In this document: positions 16,031 to 25,256 of the stretch, in pieces
Numbering within the stretch: the first letter of the stretch is position 1
Layout: every line of letters starts with the position of its first letter
Assembly (NCBI GenBank): GCA_026396255.1
Contig: JAPLXD010000006.1
Location: 1 to 58,341, forward strand
Origin: Candidatus Moraniibacteriota bacterium
GTDB taxonomy: Bacteria; Patescibacteriota; Minisyncoccia; Moranbacterales; UBA11712
DNA length: 58,341 nt
Reading direction: 5' to 3'
Position numbers and translations under genes: made by a program
The notes under the pieces: model-generated
The model's database searches: none
The model's input: only the letters and a program-made list of their open reading frames with translations
Told to the model about the DNA's origin: nothing

Positions 16031-16161
16031 TTGTCATTCCGACCGAAGCGAAGCGGAGTGGAGGAATCTGCGTGTGTACGCAATGGCTAGTTATTTGCTA
16101 ATGGACGCAGATCCCTCGGCTTCGTCTCGACTATTCGTCGAGACTCCGCTCGGGATGACAA
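16031..16161. repeat. 131-bp imperfect inverted-repeat element
   Basis: Ends are TTGTCATTCCGA...GGAATCTGCG and CGCAGATCCC...TCGGGATGACAA, with an inner hairpin GTCTCGAC-N5-GTCGAGAC. Confidence 0.6.
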
Positions 16162-16229
16162 ATTAAAGTTTCCCAAATAAAAAAAGCCGGACCGGCTCGG
16201 TAGTTTGAGCGGATCCGGCAAACAGACGA

Positions 16230-16463
16230 TTAAACAATCTGTTTGAGACAAGTGATAATTCCTATTGCCAATAATATGGCGGAAAGAACGAAAAAACATT
16301 TATACTCTGATTCGGTCAGTGCAGTTTCATCTGTAGTTGGCAACTTTTTAGCTCTTTCGCGCTCCCTGTTGATAAAAATAAAAGTAGCTACGCTAAAGAG
16401 AATAAAAATTATGCCCTCTATGATAAGTTTTTGAGCCTGGGATAATTCCATATTTTCCTCCAA
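16230..16463 (-). CDS. small hypothetical membrane protein (2 TM)
   Basis: GGAGG RBS. A terminator hairpin AGCCGGTCCGGCT with T-run lies downstream on the minus strand. Confidence 0.55.
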   Translation of the reverse strand: MEENMELSQAQKLIIEGIIFILFSVATFIFINRERERAKKLPTTDETALTESEYKCFFVLSAILLAIGIITCLKQIV

Positions 16464-16495
16464 AATACAGGATATTCAGGACATAATATTGTACT

Positions 16496-17656
16496 ATGGA
16501 TAATAATTTTAGTCAATTAAAAGTCGCGCTTGTCCATGATTTTCTGAACCAATATGGCGGGGCGGAGAGAGTTTTGAAGTCGCTCACGGAAATTTTTCCC
16601 GAGGCGCCGATCTATACGATGCTGTATGACCCGAAAAAGATGCGGGGGAAATTCAAAAATGCGGATATTCGACCGTCGTTTCTCCAGAAATTTCCGAAGC
16701 TTTTGAAAAAACGGCCCAAGTGGCTTTTGCCTTTTTTGCCGACTGCGCCGGAGACTTTCAATTTGAGAGACTATGATCTCGTGATTTCGTCTTCAGGCGC
16801 CTGGTCGAAAGGCATCATTGTGAAACCGAAAACGATTCATATCTGCTATTGCCACAGTCCGATGCGTTTTGCCTGGGACTGGAACGAAAAATATCTGGGC
16901 GAACAGAATCTCGGAAAAGGGCGGAGAATTTTCGCGCGGCTCCTTCTTAATTATGTCCGGATGTGGGACAAAGCGGCGGCGGACCGGCCGGACTTTTTCA
17001 TCGCAAATTCGAAGACTACGCAGACGCGGATCAAAAAATATTACGGCCGGGAAAGCGAAGTTGTTTATCCCCCGGTAGAAGTTGGGGGCGATCAGGGAAA
17101 TTTGGATGATAAGGGAGATAGGGGTAAAAAGGAAGATTACTTTTTGATCGTTTCCCGGCTTTCGCCCTACAAAAAAATCGAAGTGGCGATTGAAGCAATG
17201 AATAAATTGAATTTGCCGCTCGTGGTGATCGGGGAGGGCGCGCCGAAATATGTGAAATATCTGAAAACGATTACCGGACCCAAGACGAAGTTTTTGGGCT
17301 GGAAATCAGACGAGGAGACGAAAAAATATTTTGCCGCTTGTCGGGCGTTCATTTTTCCGGGCGAGGATGATTTTGGGATCGCGCCGGTTGAAGCGATGAG
17401 CTTTGGAAAACCGGTGATCACGCTTCGCAAAGGCGGGGCGACGGAAACGGTCATCGAAGGCGAGACGGGTGAATTCTTCGATGAATCGGCCGTTGAAGTG
17501 GTGGCCGATGCCGTGCGCCGGTTCCAGGAAAACGAAAAAAACTATGACCCCGCCAAAATCCGCGCCCAAGCTGAAAAGTTTTCGAAAGAAAAATTTGTGG
17601 AGAATATCGAAAAAATGATTGGGGAGATGGTGGGGGATTATAAAAATAATTTTTAG
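16496..17656 (+). CDS. GT4-family glycosyltransferase
   Basis: LKVALVHDFLNQYGGAERV and FIFPGEDDFGIAPVEAMSFGKPVI. Confidence 0.85.
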   Translation: MDNNFSQLKVALVHDFLNQYGGAERVLKSLTEIFPEAPIYTMLYDPKKMRGKFKNADIRPSFLQKFPKLLKKRPKWLLPFLPTAPETFNLRDYDLVISSSGAWSKGIIVKPKTIHICYCHSPMRFAWDWNEKYLGEQNLGKGRRIFARLLLNYVRMWDKAAADRPDFFIANSKTTQTRIKKYYGRESEVVYPPVEVGGDQGNLDDKGDRGKKEDYFLIVSRLSPYKKIEVAIEAMNKLNLPLVVIGEGAPKYVKYLKTITGPKTKFLGWKSDEETKKYFAACRAFIFPGEDDFGIAPVEAMSFGKPVITLRKGGATETVIEGETGEFFDESAVEVVADAVRRFQENEKNYDPAKIRAQAEKFSKEKFVENIEKMIGEMVGDYKNNF

Positions 17657-17676
17657 GTAATAAAAGCTCTGATGAG

Positions 17677-18342
17677 TTGCTTATGTATAATTATGCTTAT
17701 TTAACAGGTGCCTTAATAATTCTGCCAGTCTGGTTAATATTATTTTTTTTCGGAGCGAAGGGTAGAAAAGGCATGATATCCGTTGGACTGTATGTTGCTT
17801 TTTTAGCAATACCTCTGGAATTTATTTGGTTTTTGAAAGATTATTGGTACCCATTGAAGTATGTTTCGGCATCGATGTTCGTTTCTCAAGAACTTATTTT
17901 TGGATTTTTTGTGGGAGGGATTGTATCAGTTATTTTCTCTGATAAAAATAATAAAAAGAGTAAGGAAAATTTTAATGTAATAAGGTTTTTGATTCCCCTA
18001 GGGGTCTTATTTTCTTCAATGATTGTTTTTTCAAATTTAATCGGATTTAATTCCATATACGCTTGCGATATTGGTTTCGCAATTACTGCATGTATGATTT
18101 TATATCTAGAGCCGGACTTAATAAAAAAATCTTTTATAAGCGGCTTTCTCATGGTTGCAACATCAGTTATTGGATATTTAATTCTGCTCACGATATATCC
18201 CAATATCGTTCGTGACTGGTGGTTGCTACGAAACATTTCAGGTATACTTGCTTTCGGAATTCCCATTGAAGAAATTTTATTTTTTTTATTGTTTGGTTTA
18301 TCTTTCGGACCTATTTATAATTTTTGGCAGGAAACGCAGTAG
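17677..18342 (+). CDS. polytopic membrane protein, possibly lycopene-cyclase-domain-like
   Basis: About 6-7 TM helices with two P-x-E-(E/F) motifs (IPLEFIWF, IPIEEILFF). AT-rich. The likely start is ATG 17683. Confidence 0.5.
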   Translation: MLMYNYAYLTGALIILPVWLILFFFGAKGRKGMISVGLYVAFLAIPLEFIWFLKDYWYPLKYVSASMFVSQELIFGFFVGGIVSVIFSDKNNKKSKENFNVIRFLIPLGVLFSSMIVFSNLIGFNSIYACDIGFAITACMILYLEPDLIKKSFISGFLMVATSVIGYLILLTIYPNIVRDWWLLRNISGILAFGIPIEEILFFLLFGLSFGPIYNFWQETQ

Positions 18343-18352
18343 ATTAAATCTT

Positions 18353-19168
18353 ATGAATTCATTAATCAATCCCAAAATAAAATCCTATCTTGATCGTTTG
18401 GTCGATTCCACTAGTCGGCCGGGATCATATATTTTTGCTGGATCGAGTGAAGCGGAAAAGGATAAGGCGGCGCTCTATTTCGTTTCGAAAATTGCCGGAA
18501 AATTCGGCAATGCGGATTTTTTGGCCAGAATAAAGGCAAAAAACCATCCCGACGTGGTGATCATCGAGCCGGAAATTGAGGAGAAAAAGGGAAAAACAAG
18601 AGAAAAGGAAATCAGCATCTCCCAAGTCCGGGAGGCGCTCGAAAGGCTGAAATTTTTTCCGTACGAACTTAAGACAAAATTCTGCATCGTCAAAAGATCC
18701 CAAAAAATGAACGCCGAAGCCGCGAATGCCTTGCTCAAATCTCTGGAAGAGCCGTCCGAAAAAGCGGTATTTCTGCTTCTTGTGGATAATATGGATTCGC
18801 TTTTGCCCACGATTGCTTCCCGCTGCGCTGTTCTTCGCTTTCCGCAAACAAATTTTCCGGAATGGAGCGAAGAGAATAGGGGGCAGCTGAAAAATATTTT
18901 TCGGCAGGAAATTTTTGAGAGGTTTGATTATATTGAAAAGATTTCAAAAAACAAAAATGAAATGACTTCGGTCTTGAAAGACTGGGAGCTGGTGATGGCG
19001 GAAAGTTTGCGAAAGTTGGTTGTTAGTCAGGGAAATTTGGATAATCTGGCTAAAATCAGAAAAGTTGTCGAGCTTGTTGAAAATACAAGAAAAGCAATCA
19101 ACCGGCTCGAGCGCACAAACGCGAACGCGAGAGGGGTGGGAGAAGTATTGGCCTTGAGGATGAGCTAG
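18353..19168 (+). CDS. holB: DNA polymerase III delta' subunit
   Basis: HPDVVIIEP, ISISQVREA, NAEAANALLKSLEEP and TIASRC. The ORF-track start 18212 is a spurious extension. Confidence 0.8.
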   Translation: MNSLINPKIKSYLDRLVDSTSRPGSYIFAGSSEAEKDKAALYFVSKIAGKFGNADFLARIKAKNHPDVVIIEPEIEEKKGKTREKEISISQVREALERLKFFPYELKTKFCIVKRSQKMNAEAANALLKSLEEPSEKAVFLLLVDNMDSLLPTIASRCAVLRFPQTNFPEWSEENRGQLKNIFRQEIFERFDYIEKISKNKNEMTSVLKDWELVMAESLRKLVVSQGNLDNLAKIRKVVELVENTRKAINRLERTNANARGVGEVLALRMS

Positions 19169-19214
19169 TTTTTGCGAAAATGACAAGTATAAGAGTTCAA
19201 GTTATAATAGAAAT

Positions 19215-20264
19215 ATGAACAAAACAAAAATATTAGGCTTGTTTGTTTCAGTATTTCTTCTCACCGGCTGTTCTCTCGTCTCCAGTTCCTCTGATGGCGG
19301 GGTTTTTTGCTCGGATGATGGCGGAAAAAATTTCACGCAAAAAGTGATGATCGATGACAAGACAAAAATCGGCTCTGTTGATGTCTTGAGTCTCGCCGTG
19401 AATCCCCAAAACGGAAACGAAGTTTATATCGGCACCGTTTCAAGCGGCATATTCAAAACGACCGATGCCGGTGAAAAATGGCAAGTGCTCAAGGTTTCGA
19501 CGAGCGCGGTGACAAAAGCCTATGCGATGGCGGTTGATCCGACCAACGCGAATACGGTCTATGCGGCGGCGATCGTGGATGGCCTGGGAAAAATTTTGAA
19601 ATCAACGGACGCGGGCGCGAATTGGAAAGACATCTATACCGAGCCGTCGAGCGGGTCGTTTGTTTTGGCCCTGGCAATTGATCCGGCGGGGTCGGGAAAG
19701 ATTTTCGGCGGGACGACGGAAGGCCAGATCATTTTTTCGGACAATAGCGGCGATACTTGGAAAAATCTGTATAAGACCCAGGGCGGCGTTTTCAAGATAG
19801 CGGTTGATTCAATGAACTCGAATCTGGCCTATTTTGCGGTGAGTCAAGGCGGATTGCTCAGGACTCGGGACGGGGGGAAAAATTTTGAAGATCTTGGAGA
19901 AAAGAGCAATTTGAACGGCCAGCAGCAGTTCGGAAGTCCGACGGCGATTGCGGCTGACCCAAACAGGACGAATTGGGTCTATGCCGGAACGACCACGGGA
20001 TTGTTTCGAAGCAAAAACGGCGGGGATGATTGGGAATCCGTGAAAGTACTCAATAGCCTCAAAGAAAACGCAATCCGGGGAATTGCGATCAATTCTCAAA
20101 ATTCGGACGAGATAATATATGGGGCGGCGCAGGCTTTTTATAAATCCGTGGATGGCGGGCAAAGCTGGGCGACGACGCAACTTGGCGGAAGCCGGACAGC
20201 CGAGGCGGTTGCGTACAACCGACAGAACCCGGGCGTGATATACGTAGGAATGAACAAGCGGTAA
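19215..20264 (+). CDS. lipoprotein with BNR/Asp-box repeats (Ycf48/sialidase-like beta-propeller)
   Basis: Lipobox LLTGCS and six SxDxGxxW-type boxes (TTDAGEKW, STDAGANW, SDNSGDTW, SKNGGDDW, SVDGGQSW and others). Confidence 0.75.
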   Translation: MNKTKILGLFVSVFLLTGCSLVSSSSDGGVFCSDDGGKNFTQKVMIDDKTKIGSVDVLSLAVNPQNGNEVYIGTVSSGIFKTTDAGEKWQVLKVSTSAVTKAYAMAVDPTNANTVYAAAIVDGLGKILKSTDAGANWKDIYTEPSSGSFVLALAIDPAGSGKIFGGTTEGQIIFSDNSGDTWKNLYKTQGGVFKIAVDSMNSNLAYFAVSQGGLLRTRDGGKNFEDLGEKSNLNGQQQFGSPTAIAADPNRTNWVYAGTTTGLFRSKNGGDDWESVKVLNSLKENAIRGIAINSQNSDEIIYGAAQAFYKSVDGGQSWATTQLGGSRTAEAVAYNRQNPGVIYVGMNKR

Positions 20265-20338
20265 TATCGAATATTCTGAAAAAATAAATTTCTGCGAAAA
20301 TTCATATTTTTCAGAATTTAATATTTTTTGTTAAACAT

Positions 20339-20896
20339 ATGCTCGAGCAAATTGTTTCCAATGCAAAACCAAAAATGGAAAAAGGAGTCGAACGCTTCAG
20401 AGAAGAAATAAACAAATTGAGGACGGGGCGGGCCAATCCGGCGATGGTGGAAGGCCTGACTGTTGAATACTATGGCGCAAAAACTCCTTTGAAGCAGGTG
20501 GCAAGCATCAATGTTCCCGAGCCGCGGCTCATCGTTGTCCAGCCGTGGGACAAAGACAGTCTGGTGAACATTGAAAAAGCGATCAATGAGGCGCAACTCG
20601 GATTCAATCCGGTGAACGACGGCCAAGTGATCCGTCTGGCCATACCGCCGCTCAATGAAGAGCGCCGCACGGAGCTGGTGAAAACTCTCGGAAAATATGC
20701 GGAAGAGTCAAAAGTGGCAGTCCGGAAGGCACGGGAAGAGGCTTGGGACGAGATCCAGGAAATGGTCAAGGATGGGAAATTGGCCGAGGATGACAAATTC
20801 CGCGGAAAGGATATGCTTCAGAAGAGCGTAGATGAATACAATGGAAAAATCGAAGAAATCCGAGGGAAAAAAGAGAAAGAAATGATGGAAATCTAA
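20339..20896 (+). CDS. frr: ribosome recycling factor
   Basis: 185 aa with RTGRANPAMVEGLTVEYYG and INVPEPRLIVVQPWD. Confidence 0.95.
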   Translation: MLEQIVSNAKPKMEKGVERFREEINKLRTGRANPAMVEGLTVEYYGAKTPLKQVASINVPEPRLIVVQPWDKDSLVNIEKAINEAQLGFNPVNDGQVIRLAIPPLNEERRTELVKTLGKYAEESKVAVRKAREEAWDEIQEMVKDGKLAEDDKFRGKDMLQKSVDEYNGKIEEIRGKKEKEMMEI

Positions 20897-20901
20897 TTTT
20901 T

Positions 20902-22068
20902 ATGTTTACAGTCTTAATCTTCATAATAATTCTTGGCCTTCTTGTTTTCGTCCACGAACTGGGACATTTTTTGGTTGCGCGGCGAAATGGAGTGATGGCG
21001 GAAGAGTTTGGCTTTGGTTTTCCACCAAGGATTTTTGGCTTGTTTAAAACGAAAAATGGCAAGAGAAAACTGGTTTGGGGATCGAAAGAAGTGGTATCGA
21101 CCGATACGATATATTCCGTCAATTGGATCCCTCTCGGGGGATTTGTGAAGATCATGGGCGAAGACGGGGAGGAAAAAAGGGATCCGAAAAGTTTTGCTTC
21201 GAAATCGGCTTTCACGCGGACGAGAATTTTGGCGGCCGGTGTGGCCATGAATTTTTTGCTGGCGGCGGTTCTTTTGTCAATTGGATATTTTGTCGGTATT
21301 CCGCAGGCGGTGGATGACACGGTGGCCGGGAATCTCAAAAACGAAAAAATCCAGATCATTGAAACAATTCCCGGAACGCCCGCTTCGCAGATGGGAATCC
21401 AAGTTGGCGACCAGATTGTCGGGGCGGTTGAAGAAAACGATCAGGTTGCGCGCTTCAACACTATTGAAGATGTCCAGAATTATATCAACGCCAAAAAAGG
21501 ACAGGAAATCAGATTGGACGTGAAGAGGGGAAACGAGACACTTGATCTCACCGGCACTCCGCGGACCGATTTTCCGGCGAGCGAAGGCGCGCTTGGGATT
21601 AGTCTCGTGAAAACCGCCATCGTTTCCTATCCCTGGTATGAATCAATTTGGCGAGGAGTGCAGACGACGGTTGATCTCGCTGGAATGATCATTGTCGCTT
21701 TCGGGAATTTGCTTTGGAAACTCATCACCGGCCATTCTGTGGGGATGGATGTTTCCGGTCCGGTGGGTATCGCAGTTTTTACCGGGCAAGTGGCCAAACT
21801 CGGTTTCATCTATATTTTGCAATTCACCGCCTTGCTCTCGGTTAACTTAGCCATTATAAATATCCTGCCCATTCCGGCCCTTGACGGCGGGCGGATTTTG
21901 TTTATAATTATCGAGAAGCTCAAGGGCAAGCCCGTGAGCCAAAAATTCGAGGCACGCGCCCACAACATTGGGTTTGCGCTTCTCATCACCTTGATGGTGG
22001 CTGTCACCTTCCGGGACGTGGCGAGGCTTGAAGTTCTTCAAAAATTGAAAAACTTACTGGGGAGATAA
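20902..22068 (+). CDS. rseP: RIP metalloprotease RseP (site-2 protease, M50)
   Basis: HELGHF, a PDZ segment, and NILPIPALDGG. Confidence 0.88.
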   Translation: MFTVLIFIIILGLLVFVHELGHFLVARRNGVMAEEFGFGFPPRIFGLFKTKNGKRKLVWGSKEVVSTDTIYSVNWIPLGGFVKIMGEDGEEKRDPKSFASKSAFTRTRILAAGVAMNFLLAAVLLSIGYFVGIPQAVDDTVAGNLKNEKIQIIETIPGTPASQMGIQVGDQIVGAVEENDQVARFNTIEDVQNYINAKKGQEIRLDVKRGNETLDLTGTPRTDFPASEGALGISLVKTAIVSYPWYESIWRGVQTTVDLAGMIIVAFGNLLWKLITGHSVGMDVSGPVGIAVFTGQVAKLGFIYILQFTALLSVNLAIINILPIPALDGGRILFIIIEKLKGKPVSQKFEARAHNIGFALLITLMVAVTFRDVARLEVLQKLKNLLGR

Positions 22069-22208
22069 GAGAGTGTCGGAATTTATTTCGAAGTGGTCGG
22101 CGAAGATTATTTTTTTCGCGCTGGTAAAAGGCATCGGGTTATTGGATGCTTGGGCGGCTTTCAAAAGATGGCTCTCAGATAGCCTGAAAGCTAAAGGGGG
22201 AAATACAA

Positions 22209-22469
22209 ATGGCGGACATAATTCCTGAAATTGGTCAGTGGCTTACCGTGAATACAGATATGCCGTGGTGTAGTACGCCTGGAAAAGTGGTTTCCGTCGA
22301 TTTGGACAAAAAAACATTTCAGGCGGAATTTGTATGTGACCCGGACCAAGGTGAATATCCAAGCTTTGAAGCGGCCACAACGCATGAATTTCATGCCATA
22401 AATGAGATTATCCGTAACCCGAAAATGATTGAGGATTTCGAAATTTGGCATCGAGAGTCTAACGGATAA
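22209..22469 (+). CDS. hypothetical 86-aa protein
   Basis: AAAGGGGGA RBS and a strong terminator at 22492-22519. No recognisable motif. Confidence 0.5.
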   Translation: MADIIPEIGQWLTVNTDMPWCSTPGKVVSVDLDKKTFQAEFVCDPDQGEYPSFEAATTHEFHAINEIIRNPKMIEDFEIWHRESNG

Positions 22470-22491
22470 TTTTGAAGGAAATTTTTAAGAC

Positions 22492-22519
22492 GGGCGATGT
22501 TGCGACATCGCCCTTTTTT
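22492..22519 (+). terminator. intrinsic terminator
   Basis: GGGCGATGT-TGCG-ACATCGCCC followed by TTTTTT. Confidence 0.75.
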
Positions 22520-22535
22520 CTTGGCAAAGCGAACT

Positions 22536-22564
22536 TTGACACAATATGTGTTTTCAAGTAAGAT
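22536..22564 (+). promoter_or_regulatory. sigma70-like promoter upstream of mreB-2
   Basis: TTGACA-N17-TAAGAT. Confidence 0.55.
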
Positions 22565-22687
22565 TAGGTACTAGGAACAGGAAAATAAATATAAAAATGG
22601 CTTCAAATTCACCTATCGTTGAAATGCTTTTTTAAGTTTGTTTAGCTCTTGTGTTTTGTGTTGCGTGTTACATGATTTCGTGAAATT

Positions 22688-23740
22688 ATGCTTTCAAGAA
22701 TTTTTGGAAGATTTTCAAAGGATATCGGGATTGACCTGGGGACGGCCAATACTCTTGTGTATGTCGCCGGACGAGGAATTGTGATCAATGAGCCATCGGT
22801 CGTGGCCGTCAACCAGAAAACCGGGCAAATTCTGGCCATCGGTGTGGAGGCCAAAAAAATGGTCGGCAAAACTCCCGCTCATATTGTCGCGACCCGGCCG
22901 CTCGTGGACGGAGTCATTTCGGACTTCGAAGTGACGGAGCAGATGCTTCGCTATTTCATTGAAAAAGTCCACAAAGACAGTTTTGCTCTGATGCCGCGGC
23001 CACAAGTGGTCATCGGAATTCCTTCAGGCGTGACGGAAGTGGAAAAGCGGGCGGTAGTGGACGCGGCGATGAGCGCCGGCGCCCGGCGGGCGTACCTTGT
23101 TGATGAGCCGATGGCGGCCGCGATCGGAGCGCGTCTCCCGATCCAGGAAGCGTCCGGGAATATGATCGTTGATATCGGCGGAGGGACGACGGAAATCGCC
23201 GTGATTTCTCTTGGCGGGGTGGTCGTTTGCCGGAGTTTGCGTATTGCCGGGGATGAAATGAATGAAGACATCATCCGCTATGCCCGCGATGAATTCAACC
23301 TTCTCCTGGGACTGAAGACCGCCGAAGACATCAAAATCGGGATCGGAAGCGCCTATGAGCTCGATGAAGTTTTGGAAATGCCGATGCGCGGACGCGATCT
23401 GGTGACGGGTCTGCCGAAAGAAGTGATCGTGAATGATTCACAGATCCGGGAAGCCATTTTCCGTTCCATAAAAATAATCGTCAACAACATCAAATCGACG
23501 GTCGAAGAAACTCCGCCGGAACTTCTTTCCGACATTATGCAAAGAGGCATCATTCTGGCGGGCGGGGGCAGCTTGATCCGGGGGCTCGAAAAATTGATCG
23601 CCGAGCAGACCGATATCCCCACGCGGGTGATGGACGATCCCTTGACGGCGGTGGCGCGGGGAACGGGAATCATCCTGGAACATCTCGATGAGCTGAAAAA
23701 CGTTTTGGCCGAAACGCAGTATGACAAAGTTTCTTTTTAA
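22688..23740 (+). CDS. mreB: rod-shape actin homologue MreB (paralogue 2, heads mreBCD-mrdA)
   Basis: IGIDLGTANTLVYV, DIGGGTTEIAVISLGG and GGGSLI. Confidence 0.92.
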   Translation: MLSRIFGRFSKDIGIDLGTANTLVYVAGRGIVINEPSVVAVNQKTGQILAIGVEAKKMVGKTPAHIVATRPLVDGVISDFEVTEQMLRYFIEKVHKDSFALMPRPQVVIGIPSGVTEVEKRAVVDAAMSAGARRAYLVDEPMAAAIGARLPIQEASGNMIVDIGGGTTEIAVISLGGVVVCRSLRIAGDEMNEDIIRYARDEFNLLLGLKTAEDIKIGIGSAYELDEVLEMPMRGRDLVTGLPKEVIVNDSQIREAIFRSIKIIVNNIKSTVEETPPELLSDIMQRGIILAGGGSLIRGLEKLIAEQTDIPTRVMDDPLTAVARGTGIILEHLDELKNVLAETQYDKVSF

Positions 23741-23764
23741 TTTAATCCGATTTATGTGAAGCTC

Positions 23765-23857
23765 GCGAAAAAATGATTTCTCGAGTAGGCTATCCGTCCC
23801 AACTAAAGATCAGGGACGGATACACGCAATACTCTCGAAATTCATTTTTTCACTCGC
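23765..23857. repeat. 93-bp nested inverted repeat between mreB-2 and mreC
   Basis: The outer arms are GCGAAAAAATGATTTCTCGAGTA and TACTCTCGAAATTCATTTTTTCAC. The inner arms are TATCCGTCCC and GGGACGGATA. Confidence 0.6.
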
Positions 23858-23867
23858 TAGAATAAAT

Positions 23868-23898
23868 TTCGTATATTCGTAAAGTTTCGTAGTTCGTA
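23868..23898 (-). repeat. four TACGAA(A/T) units, inverted counterpart of 10722-10753
   Basis: The plus strand reads TTCGTA t ATTCGTA aag TTTCGTA g TTCGTA, ending 5 nt before the mreC start. Confidence 0.75.
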
Positions 23899-23902
23899 GA
23901 GA

Positions 23903-24703
23903 ATGCCCATGTTTTCCCGCAAAAACCTAAAATATCTTTCAATAACAGGCGTATTGCTGATCGTCATCTTTGCCAGTCTTCGCTCTGACAACAATCCGTT
24001 GAAGGGAGCCATTTTGACTGTTTCCAGTCCGTTTCTCAAAACTTTCCGAATTTTTTCCGGGGGAGTGTCGGGTTTTTTTCAATTTATGGGATCGATCGGA
24101 GATCTCAAAAGTGAAAATGAAAAATTGGTCGGGGAAAACCAAAGCTTGCTTGCCCAAAACAACCGGCTCAAGGATGCGGAGAAAGAAAATCAAACTTTGC
24201 GGCAGCAGCTGGATCTTGCTCCCAGAAAAAATTTTGACCTTGAGGCCAGTTTTGTCATCGCCCAAGACCCGCAAGGGCTTGGCAATTATTTTCTCATTGA
24301 CAAAGGAGAAAATTCCGGGATCAAAACGGGAATGGCAGCCATAGTTTCAAACGGAATTTTGATCGGACAGGTCACTGAATCATATTCGAGCTCGGCGAAA
24401 GTCACACTTATCACCGATCCCTCGAGTGCCGTCAACGCCGAGGTGCAAAGCTCCGGGGCGAAGGGAATTGTGAATGGAGAATACGGCTTGGGACTCAAAA
24501 TGGGCATGATCTCGCAAACGGATGTTTTGAGCGAAGGCGACACGGTGATTACATCAGGTCTTGGCGGGAAAATTCCGCGAGGACTAACAGTCGGAAAGAT
24601 CGGCCAGGTCGGACAATCGCCCGACAAACTCTTTCAGGCGGCCTCGGTTGTTCCGGCCATCGATGTGTCGGACTTGAGAATGGTATTTATCATAAAGAAA
24701 TGA
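23903..24703 (+). CDS. mreC: rod shape-determining protein MreC
   Basis: N-terminal TM helix, a coiled coil (ENEKLVGENQSLLAQNNRLKDAEKENQTLRQQL), and a beta-rich C-domain. Confidence 0.85.
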   Translation: MPMFSRKNLKYLSITGVLLIVIFASLRSDNNPLKGAILTVSSPFLKTFRIFSGGVSGFFQFMGSIGDLKSENEKLVGENQSLLAQNNRLKDAEKENQTLRQQLDLAPRKNFDLEASFVIAQDPQGLGNYFLIDKGENSGIKTGMAAIVSNGILIGQVTESYSSSAKVTLITDPSSAVNAEVQSSGAKGIVNGEYGLGLKMGMISQTDVLSEGDTVITSGLGGKIPRGLTVGKIGQVGQSPDKLFQAASVVPAIDVSDLRMVFIIKK

Positions 24704-25245
24704 AAAATTTCGCGTTGTTCATCCTTTGCGTGGCTACGGTTTTTCTGCAGTTCTCCGTTGAAGGTGTCTTTTTTTCCGCGCGGAGGATTCCGGATCTGGC
24801 ATTGGCGCTCGTGATCACTCTGGTGTTGGCCATGGGTTTCAAGGAATCTCTCAAATGGATATTGCTCACGGGAATGTTGATCGATGCCGGGTCAAGCACT
24901 GTTTTCGGAACGGCGGCTCTGGCGTATTTTCTGGTCGGATGGATGGTTGCCGGTCTCATCGATGTGGCGGACATAAGGTCGCGGAAAACATTTTTTCTGG
25001 CAGTTTTTGCGGCGGCTGTCCTGGTTTCGGAGATTGCGAAGGATATATTTATTTTTGCCATTTTGAAAATAAAGGCAAATTTTCTCCACGAACCGTTCGG
25101 CGTTTCTTTGAACATTTTCAGCGCGGACTATTTTTTCAAGATCCTATATTCAATCATTGCGGCTTATGCCATTTATTATATTTTTAGAAGAATCAGCCGA
25201 GCATTGTTTTTGGAACCGGTGAGATTGGCGAAAAGGAACTACTGA
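24700..25245 (+). CDS. mreD: rod shape-determining protein MreD
   Basis: About 5 TM helices. It overlaps mreC by 4 nt and sits between mreC and mrdA. Confidence 0.65.
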   Translation: MKNFALFILCVATVFLQFSVEGVFFSARRIPDLALALVITLVLAMGFKESLKWILLTGMLIDAGSSTVFGTAALAYFLVGWMVAGLIDVADIRSRKTFFLAVFAAAVLVSEIAKDIFIFAILKIKANFLHEPFGVSLNIFSADYFFKILYSIIAAYAIYYIFRRISRALFLEPVRLAKRNY

Positions 25246-25256
25246 TAAATATTGCC

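Noticed and set aside
22072-22227. A 51-codon GTG ORF (VSEFISKWSAKIIFFALVKGIGLLDAWAAFKRWLSD...) between rseP and the 86-aa gene.
   Set aside because: It is plausible as a one-TM mini-protein but has a weak RBS. It overlaps the better-supported ORF 22209-22469, and no motif is present. Evidence is insufficient to call it.
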